Assembly: GCA_963783305.1 (NCBI GenBank)
Contig: CAWAMW010000002.1
Span: 864,001 to 928,000 of the forward strand
Source of the DNA: an uncultured Gemmatimonadales bacterium
Lineage (GTDB): Bacteria; Gemmatimonadota; Gemmatimonadetes; Longimicrobiales; RSA9
Length of the DNA: 64,000 bases
Direction: 5' to 3'
Part shown: positions 18,782 through 28,845 of the stretch, one piece after another
How the letters are laid out: every line of letters starts with the position of its first letter
How positions within the stretch are numbered: position 1 is the stretch's first letter
Made by a program: the position numbers and the translations under genes
Notes under the pieces: generated by a model
Told to the model about the DNA's origin: nothing
Databases searched by the model: none
What the model saw: the letters and a program-made list of their open reading frames with translations, nothing else

Positions 18782-20449
18782 CTAGAAGAGCCCGTGGATG
18801 GTCCCGTCCGGGTCCACGCCCATCCGCTCCGCCGCCGGGCTGGCGCTCAGTCCCGGCATGGTCATGATGTCTCCCGTCTTGGCCACCACGAACCCTGCGC
18901 CGGCCGAGGGAGTCACCTCCCGAACCGTGATGCGGAACCCGGTGGGCCGTCCCAGCTTGCTCGGGTCGTCGGAGAAGGAGTACTGGGTCTTCGCCATGCA
19001 GATCGGGACCTCGCGCATTCCGATCTCCTCGAGGTTGTCGATCTGCTTCTGAGCGGCCGGCTCGAAGTCCACCCCGTCCGCACCGTAGATCTCCCGCGCG
19101 ATGATCTCCATCTTCTCGCGCAGCCCCTGGTCGAGCTCGTAGAGCGGCTGGAAGTCCGCCACGCCCGAGTCGGCCACTTCCACCACGGCATCCGCCAGGT
19201 CCACGCAGCCTTCGCCGCCGCTGCCCCACGGATCAGCCTCCACCGCACGCACGCCCCAGCGCTCGGCCGCCGCCAGCACAGCCGCCACCTCGGCGTCGGT
19301 GTCCGCGCTGAACCGGTTCAGCGCAACCACCGGCGGTACGCCGTGCTTCTTGATGTTCTCCACGTGGGCCCGAAGGTTCTCCAGCCCCCGCTCCAGCGCT
19401 TCCACGTTCTCCGACTCCAGCTCCTTCTTGGCCACGCCACCGTGCATCTTCATGGCCCGCACCGTGGCCACCACCACCGCCACCGCCGGCTTCAGGCCGC
19501 CCGCTCGACTCTTGATGTTGAAGAACTTCTCCGCGCCCAGGTCGGCGCCGAAGCCCGCTTCCGTCACCACGTAGTCCCCCAGCTGGAGCGCCGTGTTCGT
19601 GGCTACCAGCGAGTTGCAGCCGTGCGCGATGTTCCCGAACGGTCCGGCATGGACGAGCGTGGGCGTGCCACCGAGCGTCTGCACCAGGTTCGGCGACATG
19701 GCATCCTTCATCAGGAGCGTCATCGCACCCGCGGCCTTCAGGTCACGGGCGTACACGGGCTTCTTGTCCCGCGTCAGCGCGACGATGATGTCGCCAAACC
19801 GCTTCTCCAGGTCTTCCAGACCCGACGCCAGAGCGAAGATGGCCATGATCTCCGACGCCGCCGTGATGACGAAGTTGTCCTCGCGGGTCGTGCCGCCGTT
19901 GATGCCGCCCAGGCCGATGGCCACGTTGCGCAGCGCCCGGTCGTTCATGTCCACGGTCCGCGGCCACGTGATCCGGCGAGCATCGATCTCCAGCGAGTTC
20001 GGACGCCAGAGGTGGTTGTCCAGCATGGCGGAGAGCAGAGAGTGCGCCGACGTCACCGCGTGGAAGTCCCCGGTGAAGTGCAGGTTGATGTCCGCCATCG
20101 GCACCACCTGCGAGTAGCCGCCACCGGCGGCCCCGCCCTTTATCCCGAACACGGGTCCCAGGCTCGGCTCCCGGAGCGCGAGCATCGGGTTCTTCTGCCG
20201 CAGCGTGAGGGCATCCGCGAGACCGACGGCGACCGTCGATTTGCCCTCACCGGCCGGCGTGGGATTGATCCCCGCGACCAGGATCAGCTTCCCCTTCGGC
20301 GGCTTCCCCGTCTGCGACATCGCCAGGGGGATCTTTGCCTTGTAGCGGCCGTAGGGGATGATATCGTCGGCCGACAGGCCGATCCTGGCGGCGATTTCCG
20401 TGATCGGCTGGAGCTCCGCCTCCTGCGCGATCTGAATATCCGTCTTCAT
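18782..20449 (-). CDS. fhs: Formate--tetrahydrofolate ligase
   Basis: TPAGEGKST, GIKGGAAGGGY, INLHFTGDFHA, HAGPFGNIAHG, TEAGFGADLG. Confidence 0.97.
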   Translation of the reverse strand: MKTDIQIAQEAELQPITEIAARIGLSADDIIPYGRYKAKIPLAMSQTGKPPKGKLILVAGINPTPAGEGKSTVAVGLADALTLRQKNPMLALREPSLGPVFGIKGGAAGGGYSQVVPMADINLHFTGDFHAVTSAHSLLSAMLDNHLWRPNSLEIDARRITWPRTVDMNDRALRNVAIGLGGINGGTTREDNFVITAASEIMAIFALASGLEDLEKRFGDIIVALTRDKKPVYARDLKAAGAMTLLMKDAMSPNLVQTLGGTPTLVHAGPFGNIAHGCNSLVATNTALQLGDYVVTEAGFGADLGAEKFFNIKSRAGGLKPAVAVVVATVRAMKMHGGVAKKELESENVEALERGLENLRAHVENIKKHGVPPVVALNRFSADTDAEVAAVLAAAERWGVRAVEADPWGSGGEGCVDLADAVVEVADSGVADFQPLYELDQGLREKMEIIAREIYGADGVDFEPAAQKQIDNLEEIGMREVPICMAKTQYSFSDDPSKLGRPTGFRITVREVTPSAGAGFVVAKTGDIMTMPGLSASPAAERMGVDPDGTIHGLF

Positions 20450-20531
20450 GGGATAACGTCCCGTTCCTTTCGAGTGGCCCACACGTTAGCCGGATGCGGG
20501 GCCGGAAGCGTGCGGCGGCGGAACGGCCGTG

Positions 20532-21431
20532 TCAAGCGATGGCGGTAGTGGCGGCCAGGTGCGGTGCGGAATCCAGACCGGGGAAGGGGCCCTCCAGAGA
20601 CGTGACCACGGGCATGGCCAGAACCGCGCACGACGCCTCGGCCAGGATCTTTCGGGCGACGCGGCCCACGACCACACGGCCGTTGCAGATGTACCCGTCG
20701 CTGCCGATGGCCAACAGCCCAGACCCCAGCTCCTCGACCGCCGTCATGAGCTCTTCGGCGGGGTCCCCGCACCGGTTGTGTCGCTTCACCTCGCCCGCGC
20801 CCAGCTCCGTCAGTCGGCGCGCGAGGGTGTCGAGAGCGCCATCCACCGCGCATTCGTAACAGGGACCCCAGCCCCAGACGGACGCGGCGGGGAAGTCCAG
20901 GAGAGGCTTCACATGCACCAGGTGGATCCGGCCTCCCGGCCCCACGAGGCGGGCGGCCTCCTCCGCGGCGGCCACCGATGAGGCGCTGAAGTCGACGCCG
21001 ATCACCGCGTCCCGCGGGATGCCGCCGCCCTGGGTCACCAGCACGGGCTTCTCGGCCAGGTGGAGCAACTCCACCGCGATCTCGTTCCCCTGCCCCTGCT
21101 TCGAGTCCACTCCCAGCAGGATCATGCGCGCGTTCCGGGCTCGCGCCGTCGTGCAGATGGCGGGCGCGGGTCGGCCCAGCTTCACGTGGATCGGCCAATC
21201 CACCGGCCCCACGCTGTTGCGCACGTGCTCACGGACGCTATCTGCGATTCCGTGCGCGTGCGCCTGCTCCAGCTCGGCCCGATGGGGCAGCTGCATGGGC
21301 AGGTCCCGCAATGACTCCACGAACGATACCACCTCGACAGGAACGCCATGAGCGGCGCTGTACGCAGCCGCGAGCTCCAGGGCGCCGTCGGCCGAGCGGC
21401 CTCCGTCCGTCGCTACCAGCAACGGGTCCAT
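20532..21431 (-). CDS. Tandem-domain universal stress protein
   Basis: Two USP repeats (LLVATDG; IGVDFSASS...GDPAEEL...GRVARKIL); GGAGG RBS. Confidence 0.88.
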   Translation of the reverse strand: MDPLLVATDGGRSADGALELAAAYSAAHGVPVEVVSFVESLRDLPMQLPHRAELEQAHAHGIADSVREHVRNSVGPVDWPIHVKLGRPAPAICTTARARNARMILLGVDSKQGQGNEIAVELLHLAEKPVLVTQGGGIPRDAVIGVDFSASSVAAAEEAARLVGPGGRIHLVHVKPLLDFPAASVWGWGPCYECAVDGALDTLARRLTELGAGEVKRHNRCGDPAEELMTAVEELGSGLLAIGSDGYICNGRVVVGRVARKILAEASCAVLAMPVVTSLEGPFPGLDSAPHLAATTAIA

Positions 21432-21596
21432 TCCTTCCCTCCAGGCTTCGGAGATCGGTGCTGGGATCCCCGGTGTGCTTCATGATACCTTCCGCCCGGG
21501 TGGGTACCTGTCGGGATATTGTGGAAAATCGAGTGGGGCGATGGAGGAAGCGCCTGTCGGGATGGCTGGGGACGGGCGAAACCGCGCGGCCGGTTC

Positions 21597-22031
21597 TCAG
21601 ACTGCGGGACCCGGGCCTGTTTCGCCGCCGGAACCGCTCCTGGACCCCATCGTAGCTCTGAGCTGTTCCAGCTCGTGATGCAGCCGTCCCACGAGGATAC
21701 GCGTCGCCCGCAGGTCGTGATTCGTCTCGATAAGCATGATCGCCAGGTCGCCGCCCGCCCAGAGGAACCCGGCGAAGACCAGGAGCCGGGTGGCATCCAC
21801 CAGCAGGCCGGCCAGCGCCGCGGAGCCCGCCTGCATCAGCCCGAGCACCACCTCCGCCACCAGGAGCAGCATGAGCAGGACCGCCAGGAACTTGAAGAGA
21901 CGCGCGATGTATCGCAGCGCCGCGAACGGCTCCAGGTCGGCGTCGCGTACCCGTGCGTCCTCGGGGAGCCGTTCGCTGCGTGTCTCGTGCCTTCGGTCGC
22001 TGGCCCGCTCCTGCTCTCTGTCATCCGTCAT
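21597..22031 (-). CDS. Small membrane protein with two TM segments
   Basis: Two hydrophobic helices; GGGAG RBS; follows the M15 gene on the same strand. Confidence 0.7.
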   Translation of the reverse strand: MTDDREQERASDRRHETRSERLPEDARVRDADLEPFAALRYIARLFKFLAVLLMLLLVAEVVLGLMQAGSAALAGLLVDATRLLVFAGFLWAGGDLAIMLIETNHDLRATRILVGRLHHELEQLRATMGSRSGSGGETGPGPAV

Positions 22032-22052
22032 CAATAGCTCTCCCTTTCGAGG

Positions 22053-23219
22053 TCACCACCGGGCGTGGTAGCCCCGTGCGTCGATGTGAACGAACCCGGA
22101 GTGAGCGCCGGGGTTCGGCGCGTAGGTGCCGATCCCACCCACGTACTCGGGATAATCCTGCTCGACCTGGTTCGCCGCCTCCGCAATGATCCGGGCATCC
22201 TCGATACCCGCGCTCCCATCGCCGGACAGGTCGTCCATCATGCCGTCGTGGTTGTTGTCGATATAGAAGTCGAGGGCGTCGCCGTACATGTGCCGCGACA
22301 CGGAGCCACGACCGGCGGTCGTGCCACCGTGGGCGTTGTAGTAGGGCGTCCGGAAACCGCTGATTATCCCGATGTTCTCCACCGGGTATCCCATCTCCTC
22401 GAGCTGCTGGATCGTGAGCTCCACCTTGTCCAGCACTTCCGGAGTGATGGCCACGTACTTCGGCCAGACGTCCTCCTGCCCCTTCGTGAGGAAATCCCCC
22501 AGCGTCAGATGGTCGCTGACCCGGAGGTCGCGGTTCTGCGGAGTGACGGCGATCAGACCCGAGGGGGCGTCGTACTTGTCGGTGCGTAGATTCGCGGGCC
22601 GTTCCTCCCGGCTCGGCCACTTCCCCACCAGGTACTCCCCCACCCGGCCATCCCGGATGAGGCGACTCGGAATCGGGTTCAGCACCGCCATGTCCGTCAC
22701 GCGTCGCACCTCGTTCCGGAGGCGGAGCACGACGCTGAAGGCGCCGGGCTGGTCGAGGCTGTCGCTGCCCACCCGAACGCCCGGACGGGCGACGTCCTCG
22801 AGCTCCACCAGGGCCTCCGCGGGGAGGCTGTCGAGCCCGAGCGTGTCGGAGAGCGCGAGCCCTTCCCGGTCGGCGATGATGGCGCGCACCGCTCCGCTCC
22901 GGCCGCGCCACTCGGCGGTGGTCGTGCTCGCCAGCAGACGGTCGAGGACGAAGCGCGCAGGAGGGGCGGATGCGCTGGACAGGGGACTCGTCGCGATGTC
23001 GCGGCTCACCCTCAGGGACTCGCCGCCGGCGGCAGCGTCCATCACCACGAATCCCCAGCTGCCGGCAAACAGCAGCACCACGAGGCCCAGCGCAACGTTC
23101 AGGACGTTCTCCTGCCTGTGGGTCAGCCCCGGACTCTCGAGGCGCTTCGTCAGCCGCTTCAGCGGCCCTCGTCGGTTTGTTTCTCTGGCTTCGCTCATGA
23201 CAGGGCCCTGTGCGTTCAT
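22053..23219 (-). CDS. Membrane-anchored M15 (D-Ala-D-Ala peptidase/YcbK-like) metallopeptidase
   Basis: SGFRTPYYN, SRHMYGDALD, FVHIDARG; N-terminal TM; alternative start 23198. Confidence 0.8.
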   Translation of the reverse strand: MNAQGPVMSEARETNRRGPLKRLTKRLESPGLTHRQENVLNVALGLVVLLFAGSWGFVVMDAAAGGESLRVSRDIATSPLSSASAPPARFVLDRLLASTTTAEWRGRSGAVRAIIADREGLALSDTLGLDSLPAEALVELEDVARPGVRVGSDSLDQPGAFSVVLRLRNEVRRVTDMAVLNPIPSRLIRDGRVGEYLVGKWPSREERPANLRTDKYDAPSGLIAVTPQNRDLRVSDHLTLGDFLTKGQEDVWPKYVAITPEVLDKVELTIQQLEEMGYPVENIGIISGFRTPYYNAHGGTTAGRGSVSRHMYGDALDFYIDNNHDGMMDDLSGDGSAGIEDARIIAEAANQVEQDYPEYVGGIGTYAPNPGAHSGFVHIDARGYHARW

Positions 23220-23332
23220 CTTCCGTGCCGGCGCGGCTCATGCCCGCCCCGCCCGGCGCACGGGCCGGCGTACACTTCTTGCCCCGGACTGCCCCCCAGG
23301 CCACCTTGGCCGTTTCCCACAGGAGGAGATAC

Positions 23333-23812
23333 ATGTTCGCGATCCGCTGCACGGTCCCCCTTCTGGCGGGTGCCCTCGCTCTCGCCGGCTGCGATGCGCC
23401 CGCCGGGAACGGCGGTTCCGCCGCGCCACCCGTGGATTCCGCCGCCGTCGCCCGACAGGAGTCCGAGACCGGTGCCACACCGGGGGTGCTGGTCCCGGTC
23501 AACCGGTCCGACGTTCGCGGCGCCGTGCGCCTGAGCCGGAATGGCGATGATCTGCTCGCGGTCGTGGACGCCGAGGGCCTGGAGCCGGGAGTCCGCTATT
23601 CCGTCCGGATTCACGAGGGCGATTGTGCCGATGGCGGTCCTGTGCTCCTCCCGCTCGGCCGTATGACGGCCGGCGAGGACGGCACCGGGTCGCTGCGGTT
23701 CAGAGCGGAGGCCGATCGCCTGCCGAACGCCGAGCGCGTTTTCGTCCAGATCCACACGGGGGACCGTGCCGTTGCATGCGCCAACGTGGAGCGCGGAGGC
23801 GTCGGGTCGTGA
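23333..23812 (+). CDS. Lipoprotein with a Cu/Zn-SOD-like fold lacking most metal ligands
   Basis: AGGAGG RBS; lipobox LAGC; GLEPG..IHEGDC...VACA pattern. Confidence 0.6.
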   Translation: MFAIRCTVPLLAGALALAGCDAPAGNGGSAAPPVDSAAVARQESETGATPGVLVPVNRSDVRGAVRLSRNGDDLLAVVDAEGLEPGVRYSVRIHEGDCADGGPVLLPLGRMTAGEDGTGSLRFRAEADRLPNAERVFVQIHTGDRAVACANVERGGVGS

Positions 23813-24393
23813 GCGCAACGGACCGGGACCGGTTGCGGGAGCTCCTCCGGACCCGCTCGATCCAGCGCGGTGACTTCGTGCTGGCGAATGGCGGTCGCTC
23901 CACCTACTACATCGACGCGCGGGTCACGACCATGTCGGGAGCGGGCCAGCTCCTGATCGGTCGCCTGGGCCTGGAGGCCCTGGACGCCGCGGAATGGCGG
24001 CCGGCGCTGGTCGGCGGACTGACGCTGGGAGCGGATCCCGTCTCCTACGCCCTGGCCCACGCCGCGGCTCGAGAGGGCCGGGAGCTGGACGCGTTCACCG
24101 TCCGGAAGGAGCCAAAGGGGCACGGCACGGGTCGGCGCATCGAGGGCGGCTTCCGAACGGATTGCGAGGTCGTCATCGTCGAGGACGTGGTCACCACCGG
24201 CGACAGCGCTCTCCGCGCCACGCAGGTGGTGGAAGAGGCAGGCGGTCGGGTCCTCGGTGTGATCACCGTCGTGGACCGGGAAGAACGGGGAAGGGAGCGG
24301 ATCGAAGGCGCGGGCTATCCGCTCGTGGCGCTCTTCACGGCCTCCGACCTGTTGTCGGAGCCGTCGTCAGGGTCGGCCGGCGGAACCGGCTGA
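23809..24393 (+). CDS. pyrE: Orotate phosphoribosyltransferase
   Basis: GDFVLANG..STYYIDAR, VRKEPKGHG, VEDVVTTGDS; GTG start overlapping the upstream stop. Confidence 0.93.
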   Translation: MSATDRDRLRELLRTRSIQRGDFVLANGGRSTYYIDARVTTMSGAGQLLIGRLGLEALDAAEWRPALVGGLTLGADPVSYALAHAAAREGRELDAFTVRKEPKGHGTGRRIEGGFRTDCEVVIVEDVVTTGDSALRATQVVEEAGGRVLGVITVVDREERGRERIEGAGYPLVALFTASDLLSEPSSGSAGGTG

Positions 24394-24395
24394 GC

Positions 24396-25700
24396 TCACC
24401 CGCCACCGCCGCTGTCCGCAGCCTCGTCCTCTCCCACCAACGCCGTGGGGCGCCGAACCGGGTAGAGATCCCTCAGGCGCGTGGCGATCTCCCCCAGCTC
24501 CGACCGGGCGATCACCACGCTCTGAGCCGGCGAACCGACGGACTGGAGGGCCTGCTCCTTCACCCGCGCGACCGACTGCCCCGCCTCGAAGCCCAGCGCC
24601 TCCGCCCATCCCGTCACCCGCTGCTCCCACCGCTTCTCGATCGCCGCTTCCTGCGCGGCCGATGGGACGATCCCCAGATCCCTGGCGTGGGCGATCATCG
24701 CGTGCGTCTGCGCCGCACTCTGGACAAGCCCCAGCACGCGTTCTACTCCCTGCTCCTCCAGGCTGCCCTCACCTCCACCGGGCGCCGCCATCCGGTACGA
24801 CGTGAACTGCTCCCGCTCGAAAGGCGGGATGGCGAGCGAGTCCGGCCACGTCACCAGCGGGGCCGCCGCCGCCCCTGACATCACAGCCCGTACGGCCGCG
24901 GTGTCGATGCGCGCAACGGCCATCCGGCTCCGACCCCACCGCTCGGCCCGACCGAGGGCCAGCGAAAGGTCCATCACATCCCGCAGGACGTCATCCCGGA
25001 CATCCTCGAACGGCACCCTTCTGCGCTCCTCGAGCTTGATGACGTGGAACCCGAACTCCGTGGCGACGACGGGGCTGACCTCGCCCTCCTCCAGTGCGAT
25101 CGCCGCGCGCCAGAACTCGGGTACCCAGCTGCCCTCCCGGCCCGGTTGGAGTAGACCTCCCCGCTCCGCCGCGCCGGGCTCGTCCGAGTACTCGGACGCC
25201 AGCGCCTCGAACGGCTCTCCGGCCCGCGCCCTCTCCAACGCTTCCGCCGCCACGGCCCGGGCCGAGTCCCTGTGCTCCGCCGGCCGCCAGCGCTCCGAGA
25301 GCACCACCAGGTGCCGCACGACCAGCTCGTATCGCGGGTTCACGTCGTACGCCAGCCGGAGCTCGGCGTCCCCCAGCCCCGCGCGGTTTGCCGCCAGCTC
25401 CATCGCCAGGCGCTGCACGACGAGGGACCGAAGGTCTCGCTCCACGTGTGGCGCGATCAGCGAGTCCGTGCGCTCCTGCGCCACGGCCAGCCCGAACGCC
25501 GTGAGATCCACCAGCGTCCGCTGCTGCGCCTCTCCCAGTGCGCCCAGATCGAGGGAGGTGAACTGCACCGGTCCCACCTCGAGCGCCGCGGGCGGGCCCT
25601 CGCCGCACGACGTGGACGCAAACACGAACGCCCCCCAGCACAGCGTCATGACAACGCCGCGCCGGAGGGCGCCAGGACCGGCTACGGCCGCTGCGGCCAC
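24396..25700 (-). CDS. PpiC/parvulin-type peptidyl-prolyl isomerase, exported
   Basis: RHLVV, FEALASEYSD, GGLL, VPEF, TEFGFHVIKL; GTG start 2 nt after the dnaN stop. Confidence 0.85.
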   Translation of the reverse strand: MAAAAVAGPGALRRGVVMTLCWGAFVFASTSCGEGPPAALEVGPVQFTSLDLGALGEAQQRTLVDLTAFGLAVAQERTDSLIAPHVERDLRSLVVQRLAMELAANRAGLGDAELRLAYDVNPRYELVVRHLVVLSERWRPAEHRDSARAVAAEALERARAGEPFEALASEYSDEPGAAERGGLLQPGREGSWVPEFWRAAIALEEGEVSPVVATEFGFHVIKLEERRRVPFEDVRDDVLRDVMDLSLALGRAERWGRSRMAVARIDTAAVRAVMSGAAAAPLVTWPDSLAIPPFEREQFTSYRMAAPGGGEGSLEEQGVERVLGLVQSAAQTHAMIAHARDLGIVPSAAQEAAIEKRWEQRVTGWAEALGFEAGQSVARVKEQALQSVGSPAQSVVIARSELGEIATRLRDLYPVRRPTALVGEDEAADSGGGG

Positions 25701-25702
25701 CG

Positions 25703-26809
25703 CTACTCCAGCAGGCGGAGCGGCATGATCAGACAGAGGTACTCCCCACCCTCGGTGTCCGTCGGCTCGATCGTCGCCGCGCGCTCCGGTGCCTTGAAGG
25801 AGAGCTTGACCTCGTCCGTCGGCATGAAGCGCAGGACCTCGAGGAGGTAGTTCGCGTTGAAGCCGATGTCCAGCGGCTCTCCGTCGTAGCTTACCTCCAT
25901 TTCCTCGTGGGCATCGCCCAGATCCGGCGTCTCCACCGATAGACGCAGCGCCGTTCCCACGAACGACAGCCGCACCCGGTGCGTCTGCTCACTCGCCACG
26001 ACCGCCATCCGCCGCAGCGATCGCGTCAGCGTCTCCTTGTCCGCGATGGCGATCCGGTCGTTGTCCTTCGGGATCACCTGCTCGTAGTTCGGATACGGCC
26101 CCTCGATCAGGCGCGTGAAAACTCTCGTGCCGTCCTTCCTGAAGCCGAGGTGGTTCTCGCTCCGCGCCACCTCGATCTCGTCCCCTTCCTCGAACAGCCG
26201 CTGTACCTGCGCCAGCGCCTTCGGGGGCACGATCAGGTCGGCGTGAGGCGTGTCGCTCGTCTGCGCCGGAACGGCGAGCTTCGCCAGCCGATGCCCGTTC
26301 GTCGCCACCATCCGCATCTGGCCATCCGCAAGCTGCCAGAGCACCCCGTTCAGGATCGGACGACTCTCTTCCGTCGAGACCGCGAACGAGGTCCTCGCGA
26401 TCATCTCCGAGATCAGCGCCCCCTGGATCGTCCAGCTGGTGCTGAAGTCCACCTGCGGGAACGCCGGGAACTCGTCCCTCGGCATTCCGTTCAGACGGAA
26501 GGTGGCCTTCCCGCAGACGAGCTCGAACCGCTCGCCCGTGGTCGTCACCTTCGCCGGCGCCTCCGGCAGCTCCCGCGCCAGCTCCTGGAGCTTCTTGGCC
26601 GGCACCGTGATCGCTCCCGGCTCCTCCACTTCCGCCGGCACACGCAAAGCGACGGCAATGTCCAGATCCGTTCCGCTCATCTGGACTCCGCCCTCTCCGG
26701 CTTCGATCAGGATGTTCGACAGCACGGGGAGCGTTGTGCGGGTCGGTATGCTCGCGCCCACGGCGGCCAGACCCTGCTGAAGGTTGTCCCGCGTGATCGT
26801 GAATTTCAT
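25703..26809 (-). CDS. dnaN: DNA polymerase III beta clamp
   Basis: MKFTI, ESRPILNG, ATNGHRL, GPYPNYEQVIP, IGFNANYL, IMPLRL. Confidence 0.98.
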   Translation of the reverse strand: MKFTITRDNLQQGLAAVGASIPTRTTLPVLSNILIEAGEGGVQMSGTDLDIAVALRVPAEVEEPGAITVPAKKLQELARELPEAPAKVTTTGERFELVCGKATFRLNGMPRDEFPAFPQVDFSTSWTIQGALISEMIARTSFAVSTEESRPILNGVLWQLADGQMRMVATNGHRLAKLAVPAQTSDTPHADLIVPPKALAQVQRLFEEGDEIEVARSENHLGFRKDGTRVFTRLIEGPYPNYEQVIPKDNDRIAIADKETLTRSLRRMAVVASEQTHRVRLSFVGTALRLSVETPDLGDAHEEMEVSYDGEPLDIGFNANYLLEVLRFMPTDEVKLSFKAPERAATIEPTDTEGGEYLCLIMPLRLLE

Positions 26810-27095
26810 TCGCGCCTCACGTTCGATCCTGGTCAGGTTGGACGGATATCCACACGCTAACTGCTTGTTACTCCCCTTTTCTAACTAAACCGTAGTAGTA
26901 ATAGGGGCTGTGGAAGCGTGGAGAACTGCGTCGTTCGTACCGTTTAAATGGTTGCCGTGTAACTGGTTACGGATCCCGCTGTACCTGTGGACACAGCGTG
27001 GACGCGTCCGGGGCCGAGTCCACAGAGTGAACACTTCGTCCGCCAATGTGGAAAACTTGTGCGGTTCCCACAATGCTTCAACGCGCCATTCCACG
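26810..27095. other. oriC: Chromosomal replication origin (oriC) between dnaA and dnaN
   Basis: AT-richer gap; TAG-TAG-TAA-TAG trios 26893-26904, GGGC, tandem box-like TGTGGAAGC/CGTGGAGAA; further boxes at 26846, 26986, 27016, 27047 and 27064. Confidence 0.85.
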
Positions 27096-28478
27096 TCATC
27101 CACCGAGCTCCGCGCGCAGTGCTTCGATGCGATCGCGCACTCCATCATCCGCCGCCATGTCCTCTTCGACCTTGTTGATCGAGTGGATCACGGTGGAGTG
27201 GTCGCGGCCGCCGAAATGGTCGCCGATGCGCGAGAGGGGGATGTCCAGGAGATCGCGCATGAGGTACATGGCGACCTGTCGCGGGACGGTGACTTCCTTC
27301 GTGCGTCGACGGGACGTCAGCGCGTCCACGGACACGCCGTACTCCGTGGCGACGCGCTGTCGGATCGCGTCCGGGGTCCGCTCCGCGCCGGGAGCGAGCA
27401 CCCCGCCCAGCGCCTCTCGGGCCAGGTCGATGGTGATGTCACGCTGCGTCAGCGACGAGTAGGCCAGGAGCTTGATGACGGCGCCCTCCAGCTCTCGTAC
27501 GTTCGAGCGGCAGTTGCGCGCGATGTACTCGAGCACCTCGTCCGGTATGACGATGTCCCCCTCTTCGGCCTTGGTACGGAGGATGGCCACCCGGGTCTCG
27601 AGGTCCGGGCTCCGGATATCGGTCACGAGCCCCCACTCGAATCGCGATACCAGCCGCTCCTCCAGCCCGGGGATCTCCTTTGGCGGACGGTCGCTCGTCA
27701 CCACGATCTGCCGCTGCGCCTCGTACAGCGCGTTGAACGTATGGAAGAACTCCTCCTGCGTACGCTCCTTCTCGCCGAGGAAGTGCACGTCGTCGATCAG
27801 GAGCAGGTCGATCTCGCGGTAGCGCCGCCGGAACTCCGACATGCGTCCTTCCTGGATCGATGCGATGAGGTCGTTCGTGAACCACTCGCTCGACACGTAG
27901 GCCACTCGCCGGTTCGGGTGCCGCTCCTTCAGGACGTGACCGATGGCGTGCATGAGGTGCGTCTTCCCCAGACCTACGCCGCCGTAGATGAAGAGGGGGT
28001 TGTACATGCGCGCGGGTGCGTCGGCTACGGCACGGGCGGCCGCGGCGGAGAGCTGGTTGTTCCCGCCCACGACGAAGCGCTCGAACGTGTAGCGCTCGTT
28101 GAGCGGCGCTCCCACCGTCTCGGGCGCGGGTACGTGTGCGGCGCCCGAGCCACGCGCGGATCCCTCCTCGCGGCCGAACTGCTGCTGGGGAGGGGGCGTC
28201 AGGGTGGATGGCCCTCGGTCCTCGCCGTCGGAATGGTGCTGGAAGGAGATCGTCAGACGTCGCCCGAGGACCTGCTCCGCCATGTCCGCCAGCATCCGGC
28301 CGTACTTGTCCTCGATCCATTCCGCGGCAAACTCGCTGCCCGCACCGACCGCCAGAAGCTCCTGCGACAGAGCCAGGGGCTCCGTCTCGGCGAGCCAGAT
28401 GCGGTAGGTGGGTTCGGGCAGCTTTTCCCGCGCTTTCTCGAGAATGCGGGACCAGGCCTCGGAAGCGGTGAGCTCCAT
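27096..28478 (-). CDS. dnaA: Chromosomal replication initiator DnaA
   Basis: YTFERFV, YNPLFIYGGVGLGKTHL, LLIDD, QEEFFHTFN, RELEGA, GGRDHSTVIH. Confidence 0.98.
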   Translation of the reverse strand: MELTASEAWSRILEKAREKLPEPTYRIWLAETEPLALSQELLAVGAGSEFAAEWIEDKYGRMLADMAEQVLGRRLTISFQHHSDGEDRGPSTLTPPPQQQFGREEGSARGSGAAHVPAPETVGAPLNERYTFERFVVGGNNQLSAAAARAVADAPARMYNPLFIYGGVGLGKTHLMHAIGHVLKERHPNRRVAYVSSEWFTNDLIASIQEGRMSEFRRRYREIDLLLIDDVHFLGEKERTQEEFFHTFNALYEAQRQIVVTSDRPPKEIPGLEERLVSRFEWGLVTDIRSPDLETRVAILRTKAEEGDIVIPDEVLEYIARNCRSNVRELEGAVIKLLAYSSLTQRDITIDLAREALGGVLAPGAERTPDAIRQRVATEYGVSVDALTSRRRTKEVTVPRQVAMYLMRDLLDIPLSRIGDHFGGRDHSTVIHSINKVEEDMAADDGVRDRIEALRAELGG

Positions 28479-28527
28479 TGCGTCGGCTGTGAGGAAAGAG
28501 CGGGCAGGATCGAGTGCCGAGCGGACC

Positions 28528-28557
28528 AAGCTAACCGCCGGCTCCCGGATGCGTCAA
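28528..28557 (-). promoter_or_regulatory. Putative sigma70 promoter of dnaA
   Basis: Minus strand TTGACG-N18-TAGCTT. Confidence 0.5.
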
Positions 28558-28612
28558 CGTACGCAGGCCGCCGGCCGGCGCGCGCTCCGCGGGTGCGGAC
28601 CGGCCCACGGGC

Positions 28613-28641
28613 TTGACCCTGAACCGAAGGCCAATTACACT
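28613..28641 (+). promoter_or_regulatory. Sigma70 promoter of the rpmH operon
   Basis: TTGACC-N17-TACACT. Confidence 0.7.
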
Positions 28642-28681
28642 CCAAATCTTTGCAAATCCTGATTGAGAACGGGGCACGATC

Positions 28682-28834
28682 ATGGGCAAGCCCACATACA
28701 ACCCGCGGAACCGCAAGCGGGCCAACAAGCACGGCTTCCGCAAGCGGATGGCGACCAAGGGTGGACGGAAGACGCTGAACCGGCGACGGCAGAAGGGTCG
28801 CAAGCGCCTGGCCGTCCGCGTCAGCTCGAAGTAG
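28682..28834 (+). CDS. rpmH: 50S ribosomal protein L34 (absent from the ORF track)
   Basis: Manual translation [50 protein letters not shown]. Confidence 0.97.
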   Translation: MGKPTYNPRNRKRANKHGFRKRMATKGGRKTLNRRRQKGRKRLAVRVSSK

Positions 28835-28845
28835 CTGGATCCCCG

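Noticed and set aside
21520..21528. Single DnaA-box-like TGTGGAAAA upstream of the USP gene
   Set aside because: Isolated one-mismatch 9-mer, expected by chance
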